Shown in pieces: positions 11,415 through 23,780 of a stretch of DNA of 64,000 nt (the first letter of the stretch is position 1; each line of letters opens with the position of its first letter). Below the pieces are notes generated by a model that did no database searches, was not told the DNA's origin, and saw only the letters and a list, made by a program, of their open reading frames with translations. The stretch lies in the NCBI GenBank assembly GCA_964016885.1, contig OZ024744.1, positions 74,524,001 to 74,588,000 on the forward strand, given 5' to 3'. The position numbers were made by a program, and so were the translations under genes. The DNA comes from Eledone cirrhosa. Taxonomy: Eukaryota.

Positions 11415-12883
11415 TTCTTTGAGTCTCAGTCATTGATGTTATTTAACTGGAGAGTTTGTTGAAATGAATATGAAGCCACTACCTGCAGCCTCAGATATTC
11501 AGGACGTATCGTAGGGTTCCCAGCAAGCATGCCTTTTGAAGTGTTCCAAAAAGCGGGGCGGGCCCAATTTTCTTTAACCACCATAGGAAACTCTTTGAGA
11601 TAGTACTTATTGCGCCTAGGACGATCGGGACGATCTTGACTTCATGGCAGTTCCAAATCCTTTTTACCTCCCACTTTAAGTCCTGGTGTAGATTAATTTT
11701 CTCCACCTCCTTTTCTTACACTCTCGTGTCAAATGGGCAGGCTACATCTACAATCAGGCACGATCTTTTTTCCTTGTCCAAAACCACCAGGTCAGGCCTA
11801 TTTTGTTACAGTTTCTTATCCGTCTGTATCCTCAAATCCCATAGCACCTTCACCTGATCTATTTCTATCACCGACTCTGTCTTATCCTCATACCATTTCT
11901 CAGAATGTGATAAATTGTTTACTTTGCATAGGTGCCAGTGGATCACCCTGCCCATCATATCATGTCTCCAGCCTTTATAGTAAGTCTGGGCTAGGTGTTT
12001 ACACTCGGATACAATGTGAGCCACAGTCTCCTCTCTCTCTCTCTCTCCACAGATCCTAATCAGTGGGCTAGCCTCCTCCTTGTCATTATGGTGTTTAACC
12101 CATTTCGTACTGCGCAGCCATTAGCATTCCTTCTGTAGCTTTTTAAAGGTTTCCTGTGGATCTCTAAAGTTTGTTTTCCTAAAGAAGGTACTATGAAGGG
12201 ATTTTTCATGAAGGATGCTCTTCCTCCTTGTTGCTATTTCCTCCTTGGACATCCTCTGGTTTATTGTCTTCACCTTCAGTACAATTTTGAACATTGGCTC
12301 CCTACTGTCAGTCACGTATTTGTGCAGGTTGTTTTTCTCCACCTGAACACAGTCCTCTATGCTGATAAGACCTCTTCCACCTTCAGATCTCCTTAAGTAG
12401 AGTCTATCGACATCACTCCTCTCTGGAACATGTAGAAAGTCAATAGATTCCTAGTCTTCCTATCCATTTCTTTTTGTTCAGCAACATTCCATTTCAGAAT
12501 TCCCGCACTGTACCTAATAATAGACACAGCTCGGGAATTCACTGCACTTATGACATTCCTACTATTTAGATGTGATTTTAATACGCCCCTTACTCTCCTT
12601 ATGTACTCAGATCTTATCAATTCATTCATTTTTTTTTTGTTCTTGATGTCATCTGCTTCCAGAACACCTAAATATTTGTATTCCTCCTCAGTGTCAATTT
12701 CCTTTATCATCTCACCTGTTGGTACTTGGATTCCGTTGCTTCTGCTCAATTTACCCCTCTTCATCACTAGGAGTCCACACTTATTAATACCAACTTCCAT
12801 GCATATATCATCGCTGAAAATACGAACTGTGTGAACAAGTAAACACAACTCATTCTCACTCTTCCCAAAGAGTTTAAGATCGT
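11415..12883 (-). mobile_element. R4/Dong-type RLE retrotransposon, family A, 5'-truncated and degenerate
   Basis: Minus ORF pieces YKYLG...YSAGILKW, IVSECKHL...RHD, QKACLLGT match ORF 51369-54761; truncated at the DDLKLF codons next to (TAT)n 12884-12903. Confidence 0.9.
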
Positions 12884-12903
12884 ATTATTATTATTATTAT
12901 TAT

Positions 12904-14309
12904 AGTTGCATTTATCTTGCTTTATGTTCATACGAGTTATCACCAAGTCACAACCAGTGACCTCAAGAGACAACAAGGTTCGCCATGTTCAAGAAAGAAC
13001 ATACATACACACACATGCATCTTTAGGTGTTTAGACTTGGGATGTACTTAAATTGACAGAATCTTCCTTAGTATATGGGCATTTCCCATTACTATCTTTT
13101 GTATTTCTCCTATATGCGGGTTCCCTGGGAATTGCGATAAGTAATCATTAGACACTTAGGTATCATTCCCAGAGCGCCTACAACCACTGGTATTGTTTTA
13201 GTTCTCAATTTCCACATTTCTCCAATTTCTATCTTCAGGTCCTTATACTTGCTCAATTTTTCAAATGTTTTTATAGATACATTCTTGTCTATTGGAACAG
13301 ACATATCATTTAGCAGGCATACCCTCTTTTTAATATCCTTCAGTATTATATCAGATCTATTTTCACCTATTTTTCGGTCTGTTTGGATGCTAAAGTTCGA
13401 CAAGATTGAGATGTGATCGTTTTCAAGTACGGGGGGTGGTTGATGCTCCCACCAATTCTTTTGATGGGGCAGGTCAAAATGCTTACACATTATCCAATGT
13501 ATGTATTGTGCAGCTCTGTCATGCCTGTTTAGGTATTCGGTTGGAGCTATAGGACTGCACATTGAAATTATATGATCAATGGTCTCTGGTTGTTTTTTAC
13601 ATACATGGCATAATGGGTTGCATCCATTTTTATATTATGTTGGCAATTTTTTGATGCCAAACACTGATGGGTTAAAGTTTTGTCAACATCAGGATTGTTA
13701 GCTCTCTCTGGGTATTTTCCATACAGAGGCTTTTCTTGCAATTTCTTAGCCAGTTTCTGTAGCAGTTCTTTCTTTGCAGTTACTTTTATCTGCTTTGCTT
13801 TTTCTGTGTTTTCCATTTCAGCAGTAAATGGGACTTCTGAAATTTGTAGTCCATTACTGTATCTTTGTGCATCTTTTGTAATGGAATATGATCTTTTGAT
13901 GCTTTCGTGTTTCAAAACGAGTTTGATCATCCAATCATGTGATTCTCGTAGATAATCCAATTGTTGCAGTTTTCAACGCAATGTCTAACTGGACTAACCC
14001 ACGTCCTCCTTCTTTCCTAGGGAGATATATTCTATATGTATCTGCCTTAGGGTGATGCATTCTGTGCATTGTTAAGAATGTTCTAATTTTTGTATCGAGC
14101 CTACGGATATCTGTGCTTGACCAGTTGATGACGTTGTAACTGTAGGTTACTATAGGTATGGCAAGCGTGTTTATGGCATCGATCCTATTCCTTGCATTCA
14201 ATTCCGTTCTTAAGATTGCTCTTACTCTGCGGTAACATTCCTTCCTTATCCCTTCCCTCATTGTCGAGTGCTTGATTCCGTCTCCTTCACAAACACCTAG
14301 ATATTTGTA
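12904..14309 (-). mobile_element. R4/Dong-type RLE retrotransposon, divergent family B, 5'-truncated
   Basis: ORFs 13935-14261, 13568-13960, 13110-13562: HHPKAD..RIYLPRKEGGRGL, RHDRAAQYIHW, NRSDII...DMSVP...EKLSKYKDL; different 3' UTR; (ATT)n on both sides. Confidence 0.85.
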
Positions 14310-14332
14310 ATTATTATTATTATTATATTATT

Positions 14333-16612
14333 GTTTTTGAGTCTCAGTCATTGATGTTAGTTAACTGGAAAGTTTGTTGAAAAGAATATCAAGCCACTAC
14401 CTGCAGCCTCAGATATTCAGGACGTATCGGAGTGTTCTTGCTGTTCCTAGCAAGCATGCCTTTTGAAGCGTTCCAAAAAGCATGGCGGGACCAAGTTTCT
14501 TGAACCATCCCTGGAGACTTTTTGAGATAGTACCTAGTGCGCCTTTGAAAATCGGGACCACTTTGACTTCATGGCAGTTCCAAATCCTATTTACCTCCCA
14601 TTTTAAGTCCTGGTATCGGTTAATTTTCTCCATCTTCTTCTCTTGCACTCTCGTGTCGAATGGGCAGGCCACATCCACAATCAGACACGATCTTTCTTCC
14701 TTGTCCAAAACCACTAGGTCAGGTCTATTGTGTTCCAGTTACTTGTCCGTCTGTATCCTAAAATCCACAGCACCTTCACCTGATCTATTTCTATCAACGA
14801 CTCTGGCTTATGCTCATACCACTTCACAGAATGTGGTAAATTGTTTACTTTGCATAGGTGCCAGTGGATCACCCTGCCCATCACATCATGTCTCCAGCCC
14901 TTAGAGTCAGTCTGGGCTAGGTGTTTACACTCGTATACAATGTGAGCCATAGTCTCCTCTCTCTCTCCACAGATCCTGCACAGTGGGCTAGACTCCTCCT
15001 TGTAAATATGGTGTTTCAACCACTTCGTTTTGAGAGCCTGCTCTTGCACAGCCATTAGCATTCCTTCTGTAGCCTTTTTAAGGTCTCCTCTTTTCAACCA
15101 GTTCCATGTCTGTGGGTCTCTGAATTCAGTTTTCTCAAAGAAGATACTATGAAGGGATTTTTCATGAAGGCTGCTCTTTCTCCTTATTGTTATTTCCTCC
15201 TTGGACATCCCCTGGTCTATTGTCCTCTCCTTCAGTACAATTCTGAGCATTGGCTCCCTACTGTCAGTCACGTATTTGTGCAGGTTGTTTTTCTCCATCT
15301 GAACACAGTCCTCTATGCTGATAAGACCTCTTCCACCTTCAGATCTCCTTAAGTAGAGTCTATCGACATCACTCCTCTTGTAGAACATGTTGTAGATAGT
15401 CAATAGCTTCCTAGTCTTTCTATCCATTTCTTTTTTTCAGCACCATTCCATCTCAGAATTCCCGCACTGTACCTAATAATAGACACAGCTCGGGAATTTA
15501 CTGCACTTATGGCATTCCTACTGTTCAGATGGGACTTTAATACGCTCCTTACTCTCCGAATGTATTCAGATCTTATCAAATGCTTCGTTTGTTTGTTCTT
15601 CATCAGCCTCCAGAACACCCAAATACTTGTATCCTTCTTCAGTGTCAATTTCCTTTATCATCTCACCTGTTGGTACCTGGATTCCGTTGCTTCTGCTCAA
15701 TTTACCCCTCTTCATCACAAGGACTCCACACTTACTAATACCAAATTGCATACATATATCATTGCTGAAAATACGGACAGTGTCAACAAGCACATCCAAC
15801 TCCTTCTCACTCTTCCCGAAGAGCTTAAGATCGTCCATGAAAAGGAGATGATTGATGGTAAGCTCTCTCTTTCCCAACTTGTATCCTGCTCTCACTTTTC
15901 GCAGTATAATGGTCAGGGGTATCAGGGCAAGGACAAACAACAGAGGGGACAGACTATCTCCCTGGAAGATACCTCTCTTGATCTTCACGCCTCCCAAGGA
16001 TTCTCCAGCTGATGTTAATTCTGTTTTCCAGGACTTCATACTTTTGCCCAACAACTTTCTGATGTTATCTGCCACCTTGAAGATCTCAAAGCTTTTGGTG
16101 ATCCAAGAATGAGGCACCATGTCAAATGTCTTTTTGTAGTCTATCCATCCCATGGCAAGACCAGTGTGTCTCCTCTTGCAATTCCTCATTACCATCTTAT
16201 CAATAAGTAACTGGTCCTTTGTACCACGGGACTTCTTTCGGCATCCTTTCTGTTCGTCCGGTAACAAGTTGTTTGTGTGGAAGTGATGGTAGATTTCCTC
16301 AGACATAATGCTTGTCAACAGTTTCCACATTACGGACAGACATGTGATAGGTCTATAGTTGGTTACATCATTACCCTTGATTCGGTCTTTCATTACCAGA
16401 ACTGTGGTACCTTTTGTCAACCACTCTGGTACCTCACCTAACATCAAGCAGTCATTGAACATGGTTGTCAGTTTCCGGTGAATGGATGTTATATTTTTAA
16501 TCCAATACACCTGCACACCATCTGGGCCTGGTGATTTCCATTTGGTCAGTCTTTTGGCCTGCCCCTTAAGAGTTTCAACTGTGATACTCAAATCAGTTTG
16601 TTGGTGTGCCTG
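14333..16612 (-). mobile_element. R4/Dong-type family A, 5'-truncated (RT+RLE part), frameshifted
   Basis: ORFs 15566-16591 (WKSPGPDG, QGDSLSP, FMDD), 14714-15427, 14409-14714; (ATT)n at 14310-14332 and 16613-16641. Confidence 0.92.
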
Positions 16613-16641
16613 TTATTATTATTATTATTATTATTATAATT

Positions 16642-17150
16642 GAATGCCATGGTTGACGGAGGCTCGGCTCTGTAAGGTATTGTAAATTTTGATCGCTATA
16701 ACAATTGTAAATTGTTTAAAACTTTAACCAAATTGTAGACAAAAACACCCTCCTCCTCGTGAGAGGGGTCTTTCTGCCCGTTATTTGGCCCTTCGGGGTT
16801 AAATAACCGCTTATTGGGGTTTTGTGCCCAATATTTATTTTAAACAAAAAAAAAACATGGCTACGAAAAAGAATTTTCACGACTCACTCCCACTCATTCC
16901 GTCTTCTTCTTCCTCAATCGTCACTACAGCAGAGAGAAGATTGTCTCTCTCCCTCCCTTCTCTAAATGTGTCTCTCTTCCTCCCTTCTATTTCGCAAGCG
17001 ACGCCAGTAAATTAAAATAGTTTACAAAATCACGTGCAAAATATGGAACATTTCTCGACGACGACGACAACGACGAAAAAATAGTGCGGGAAATACGAAA
17101 ACCCATTTCATTCGTCTGACGTCATGAATAATAGCAGTAGCAGCCGTAAT

Positions 17151-17185
<35 letters not shown>

Positions 17186-20100
17186 TGACAAGGAAAACAA
17201 CAGTAGCAGCCACAACAGCATCAGCAGCAGCATAAACAACAACAGAATAAACAGCAACAGCAACAACAACAGCAACAGCAGCAACAACAAAAACAACCAC
17301 AGCAACAGCGGCGGGGGCAGTAGTTGTGGTACCTGCGCGCAAAAGATTGCGAGGGGCCATCCCGGGGGGGGGGTCAGTTTGACCCCCCCTCCCCCGCCGG
17401 GATGGCCTTTTCTTGTCTGGCCGCGTCTGTCCTCGTCGGAATCGAGAACAAAACAACTGTACTGCAAGTACAGAAAAAAGTAAGAGAACATTGGGTCGGC
17501 ACCTCCATTGAGATGTTAATCCAAACCAACCAGGAGTGCATCGAAGCTATCCCGGATGGGGTAGACTTCGATAACGGCACTCAACTGCCCATAAGTGTTG
17601 AGGGCAAACGCCCGAAATGCTTTCGCTGTGGATCGAAAACTCACCTCAGAGCCTTCTGCAACGAGAAGACCCTGAGAAAGGAGAAAACCCCCCTCCTTCC
17701 GAAACCGGCTCCACGGCTAGCCGCAACAGAACAGGCGGCAAGCGGGAAGGATATGTCCGTGGCCCCCATATCCACGCTACGGAAATCAAGAACAGCAGCA
17801 GCAGTGGAAGTATTAACAACAACAAAAGTAAGACCAAATGCAGCTGCAACAGAGACTCCACTGCAAACATCACCAACAACAACAAGTGAAAGAGTGGAGC
17901 TGGTACCCCTCCCCGACCTCACAGAATCAGAGATGGAGTGTGAGGTGGGAGAGGGATGGCAAAAGGTCGTAAGAAGGCACAAACGCAGAAGCAGCGCATC
18001 GTCGCCTTCGAAAAGGGAGGGAAGAAATGAAAAAAGGGTAAAGGCTACTGCAAAGAGACTCACAGCAGCAACACTACCAACACCATCACCACCCACACTA
18101 GCACCACCATCACCACCGGCGACAACCCCACCGCCAACAACAACAACACCTTCAACACCACCACCACAAGCACCAACATAGCAAACACAACAACAAAACA
18201 CACACACCCAGCAACAACGACAAGAAAATAGCAGAACCACACCCACCCCCAGAAAAGCAAATGTACGGCAATAAATACACACAACAAGAAACTGATGACT
18301 TACATAATTGAACACACAGACATTTCACAGCACGACTACATAATACCAGCACCAATCAAAACGCCAACTAACATAAGCCTGGTAAAATTAGCACAGAAAC
18401 AATACACAAATATTAAAACTAAATTCCCCAAAGCAGTTGGTGATTTCAGAGACCTAGGAGGGTCTCTCAACCGGAGAGTATATTCGGACATACTCATAGA
18501 AGAGCCGACGACCAGCCGAAGGGACGATCAAGTGAAAAGGGATGGAGAAACCATCCTTCCTCTACGAAAAGTACGGTAAGTGGTCTTTCCCATCTTCGGC
18601 GGCTACGAGTGTACGCATCTCCCAGATGTCCTGGATCGGGAGGAGGAGTTGCTGTGCTTTTTCGGAGAGGTTTGGATCAAGCTATACGGGCCATCTTCCT
18701 GGACCCAGAGGGTAAGTTGGTGGTGCTGGACGTGACCAGCGGAGACGGGCAATCTTTCAGGCTAGTGGCCGTCTATGCGCCGACAGGAGCAGGGCGGCCT
18801 GATTTCTTCTGGCGTCTGGAGACCTTTCTTGGAACTTCCCGCTCTTTAGTGTTACTGGGCGACTGGAACGGGATCTTAGATGCACGCTTGGACTGTGTGG
18901 GATTAGCGGATAGGGAAGGAGGGTGCAAGAGCCTCACCAACCTGCTCAGGCGTTTTGAACTGTCTGACAGGTACCGATTGGATTTCCCGAATGTGCCAAC
19001 GTGGACTTGGACAAATCGTATAGAGTCATCCAGATCATATCTAGATAGAGTATTTTGTAGGGAAATAGATAGGTCTAGCATAGGCTGTCCTCAATTCAAG
19101 ATAGTCAGCTACACGGACCACAAATTCGTGATCTGTGTACTTGACTTAGATAGGCTTGATGGACCCGGCTACTGGAAGGTAAACGCGACCTTACCAGGGC
19201 GCAAGTCCTACAGAGACCGGATTAGCAAACTAGTTAAGTGGGCGTTGACGGGGTCATCGTCAACAACAAGTGGTGGTTTGCTCTGAAAAGAGTGATTAGA
19301 ATAGAATCCATTAGGTTTAGTAAGGCTTTAGCAATAGAGAAAAATAGAGCAGAGGGAGAACTAGTTAGAAAATTAGAAGAGGCGCTTAGCAAAGGCATTG
19401 CGACCGACGTGCTTGCGGCGAAATTGGCCCTTGACCAAATTCTTCAATGCAAAGCACGAAGGCTCCGTTGTCAGAGCTAGGGTGCGTGCTCTCAGACACG
19501 AGGGGACGAAAGCCGTTCAATGGGCCCGAGTGGCGGAGGCGCGTCGTGGCAATAAAGCCACGATCCGGCCTTTTGTGGACCACGACGGGCGCATGCTACT
19601 CGCTCCCGGGCAAATGTGTGAAGCTTTTCAGCGACACTTCGCTCAGCTCTTCGGGCCGGGACGAGGGATGGATTTTAGTGTCTACCTCGACGGACTGCCG
19701 CGGCTCTCGGCCACTGAGGCGGAGTGTTGCGAAAAGCTGATAACAGCCGCTGAAGTACGGGAGGCAATGACTGGTTGCACAAGGGGTAAATCGCCTGGTT
19801 TGGATGGTTTGCTCTATGAACTTTACGTACAGATGCCAGACTTGTTCGGAAGCCTCTTGGCGGACGTCTACTGCAATTGGCAACAGAACGGGAGAATTCC
19901 CAGCTCTGTGAGCCGAGGAGCGGTGGCACTGCTGAGAAAGGATCCGAACAAGGGGGATAACATATATAATATCAGGCCCATAACTCTGCTAAACACAGAG
20001 TTCAAGATTTTGGCCAAGGTGCTGCAAAGAGGTTGGCGCTTGTCGTTGGTGGTCTGGTGGGAGAGGCGCAGACATGCGCCATTCCCGACAGATCCATCCA

Positions 20101-22051
20101 CGACAACCTCCACCTCATACGATACATCGCAGAGAGGGCAGCTAGGGAACCTGGCACAGGTGGGTCCTTGATCAATTTAGATCAGTCGAAAGCTTTCGAT
20201 AGGGTCGACCATCGTTACCTAGACGCAGTCCTGAGGGCGGCTGGCTTTGGGCCCGTCTTCAGAGGCTGGATCGCTGCCATGCACAGCGACATATGCTCTG
20301 TTGTGAGAGTGAACGGTCACCTTTCGGAACCGTTCAACATCATGCGCTCGGTCCGCCAAGGATGCCACCTCTCGTCCGTCATGTACGTATTGACTCTCGA
20401 GCCATTACTGCACAAACTGGAGACGTTGAGAGGCGTCCCGCGCGAACTAGGATGCGGAAGATCAGTGTCAGCATATGCGGACGATGTCACCGTAGTGGTG
20501 TCGCACGCCAAACTAATCGAGGCGATCGGCACTACACTAAGAGAATAAGAAGCGGTGACAGGAGCAATGATCAACCAGGAAAAGTCAGTGGGCCTGCAGC
20601 TCGGCACCTGGAGAGGCAGGTACATGCCGTCCAACAGTGTCGTCGGACGCTGGACGGACGGACCGGTAAAATTGCTAGGGGTCTGGTTCGGTCCGGACCT
20701 CCAGACGGACAAAAACTGGGACGAGATGACGAGGAGGGTGGATTCTCTCACCCAGAAATGGGCGGAGAGGAAGCTATCCCTGAAAGGTCGAGCGGAGGTG
20801 GCTAACGCGTACATCGCGTCTGTCATCTTCTACCGCCTGACCGTCGTACCCTGTCCTAAGCCCCGCCTGACTGCGCTGGAGCGTTTGCTCTTTCGCTTTT
20901 TGTGGAAGGGACGCGCTCAGATGGTCAGGCGGTCCATCTGCTGTCAACACCCGCTACGTGGAGGCCTGGGCATGCCGTGGCTGATGATGCGCAGACACGC
21001 GCTCATGCTACGACATCTCCACCACTTCCTCGACGGTGATCAGGTGTGGTCGCCCTGTAGCTGCAGTTCTGGGTCAAGCGAAGACCGAGAGGGAGCGCCT
21101 GGAGACTGGAATGTCTTCAGGCGCTCACAGCCCTCGACCAATCGGGCAATGTGATCGGTGGAAACTCCACCTCCGCGTTCTATAGAGGATTAGTGGAGGG
21201 GAAGAGCGATGGCGTACTTGGGGAATCTCTAGGCGTCGACGAAAATCAACTAGCCAATCTCTTCGGAAGAACTTTCGGGTCGGGGTCTATGGACAACTTC
21301 CAGAAATCTCTGGCCTGGCAGTGCTACCGAGGAGCTTTGCCAGTTCGAGATAAACTGTACAGGCATGGAGGTGCCGTCAGTCGGGCATGTCAGAGAATAC
21401 GCAGGGCGACGAAACCGTCCTGCACGCACTCGTCCAGTGTCCGAGCATTGCTGACTTGTTGGTTTATGTCGAACACCTGCTGTCGCGTTTAGGACGGATC
21501 CAGCTATCAGCTGAGTCCATCGTCAGGATTTCGCTCTTCCTTTAGCCGGGAATGGCAGGCGGTTTTTATCTCTCTGGTGGGCATGGCGAAAGAGATAATA
21601 TGGTTGACACGATTGAAAGGGCTGAAGACGAACACTCACCTCTACGGTGATGCCCTGATTAACTTTTTCAAATTTCATTTGAAAAGGAAAATCAGGGTAG
21701 AAAGGGAAGTGCTCTCTTCCCAGCATTTTATTGAAAGATGGGTGAGAGAAGCAAGAATGGCCCGAGTGAATGGGCCTAATCTGAGTATTTGTCTGTAAAT
21801 TAAAAGTGGAAAACTGGGAGGAGGGCACTTGCCCTGGTGGCCAGTGTCACTGTGGCTTTTTAATGGGCTTTCTCCACGAATGTCCCTTGGAAGTCTCCCC
21901 CCTATTTGGGAATATTTTTTCATTGTTCTATTATTACATCCTCTGTTTCTTGTTTTTTACACGCAGAAATGCCCATTTGTACCGACCTGTATTGTCCTTT
22001 ACTGTCCTTAATGTCTACTTTATGTAAACCCTTGGGGTTAATAAAGAAAGC
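16642..22051 (+). mobile_element. Tx1 copy 3, intact ends but internally deleted and frameshifted
   Basis: GAATGCC start after (ATT)n; deletions in ORF1 (~17336) and at the ORF2 start (~18595); fragmented ORF2; 3' AATAAAGAAAGC-(ATT)3. Confidence 0.92.
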
Positions 22052-22060
22052 ATTATTATT

Positions 22061-23724
22061 GCAGCCGGTTTCAAGCCCTTTTTTTAGGCGTTGGATCGCA
22101 GCAATGTACAGCGACATCTGAACGGTCACCTGTCGCAGCCGTTCAGCATCATGCGCTCAGTCCACCAGGGTTGTCCCCTCTCGTCCCTCTTGTATGTTTT
22201 GGCTCTCGAGCCGTTACTGCACAAACTGGGGGCGATGAGGGGCGTCCCACGCGAACTAGGATGCGGGAAATCCGAGTCGGCTTACGCTGACGCCGTCACC
22301 GTTGTGGCGTCGAGCACCAGACACGTCCAGATGCTCGGCACCGCTCACAAGGAATACGAAACGGTGACAGGAGCAAAGATAAACCAGGAAAATTCGGTGG
22401 GCTTGCAGCTAGGCACCTGGAGAGGCAAGTCCATGCCGTCCGACAGCGTCGTGGCGCGTTGGACGGACGGACCGGTTAAATTGCTCGGGGTCTGGTTCGG
22501 ACCGGACCTACAGATGGAGAAATACTGGAACGAGGTGACGAGCAGGCTGGCCTCCTCACCCAGAAATGGGCTGAGAGGAAGCTGTCCCTGAAAGGCCGGG
22601 CGGAAGTGGCGAATGCGTAAATCGCATCCGTCATCTGCTACCGCCTCACCGTCGTCCCTTGCTCCAGCCCAACTCTCACCAAAATGGAGCGCCTCCTCTT
22701 CCACATTTTGTGGAAGGAACGCGCTCCCTTGGTCAGACGATCCATCTGCAGTCAACACACGTTGCGTGGAGGACTGAGCATGCCATGGCTGATGATGTGC
22801 AAACATGCGCTGAGGCTGCGACATCTCTGGTGCTTCCTTGATGGTGAACGGCTGTGGTCGCCGTTCGCCAGGCACATTTTCCCACAGCTCGTCTCCTTCC
22901 GGAGAACTTTCAGCCCGGGGCCTATGGATAACTTCCAAAAATCCCTGGCCTGGCAGTGCTACCGGGGAGCGCTACCGGTTCGAGATAAGCTCTACAGGCA
23001 CGGAATTGCCGTCAGCCGAGCCTGTCCGAGATGTGCGCATAGCGACGAAACCGTTGTGCACGCACTCGTTCAGTGCCCGAGCTTTGCTGACTTGTGGAGC
23101 TATGTCGAACAGTTGCTGTCACGTGTGGGACTGATCCGGTTGTCGACTGAGTCCAGTGTGCAGATGGTCTCGCCGTCTTCCTTTAAGGAGGAAGGACAGG
23201 CGGTTTTCATCTGCCTGGTGGCCATGGCGAAAGAGATTGTGTGGTGGACAAGGTTAAAAGGATTAAAGACAAACACTTTCCTCTTCGGCGAATCCCTAAT
23301 TAACTTTTTCAAGTTTCACTTGAAGAGGAAAATCAGGGTGGAGAGGCAAGTGCTGCTTTCTAGCAAGTTTGTTGAAAGGTGGGTGAATGTAGCGAGAATG
23401 GTCCGAGTGAATGGGACCACTCTGAATATACGTCTGTAGTTTGAGAGATGGAAAATTCGAGAGAGGGCGCTTGCCTTGGTAGTCAGGGTGGCCGTGGTCT
23501 TTTGTGTGGTTTTCGCCCCGAGTAACCCTCGGAGGTTTCCCCCCTATTGGGGAATTTTTCTTTGTTTCAATTTTCATTTTATTGTTTATATATATATATA
23601 TGTTGTATGTCTTTTCTTTTCTTATATAAATAATAAAAATATTTACACGCACAAAACCCACATCGTACCGTCCTGTTCTGTCTGATGTTTTTCTTGATGT
23701 CAGCCCTTGTGGCCAATAAAGAAA

Positions 23725-23726
<2 letters not shown>
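22061..23726 (+). mobile_element. Tx1 subfamily B, 5'-truncated copy (RT C-terminal half + 3' UTR)
   Basis: Begins mid-RT directly after (ATT)3; diverged ORF2 end (VNVARMVRVNGTTLNIRL); ends CCCTTGTGGCCAATAAAGAAATC-(ATT)n 23727-23777. Confidence 0.88.
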
Positions 23727-23777
<51 letters not shown>

Positions 23778-23780
23778 GCT

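Noticed and set aside
18570-18610. Deletion at the ORF2 start in copy 3 as a retrotransposed spliced product
   Set aside because: The GTAAGT donor is retained and breakpoints share ATCTT microhomology, not GT-AG ends
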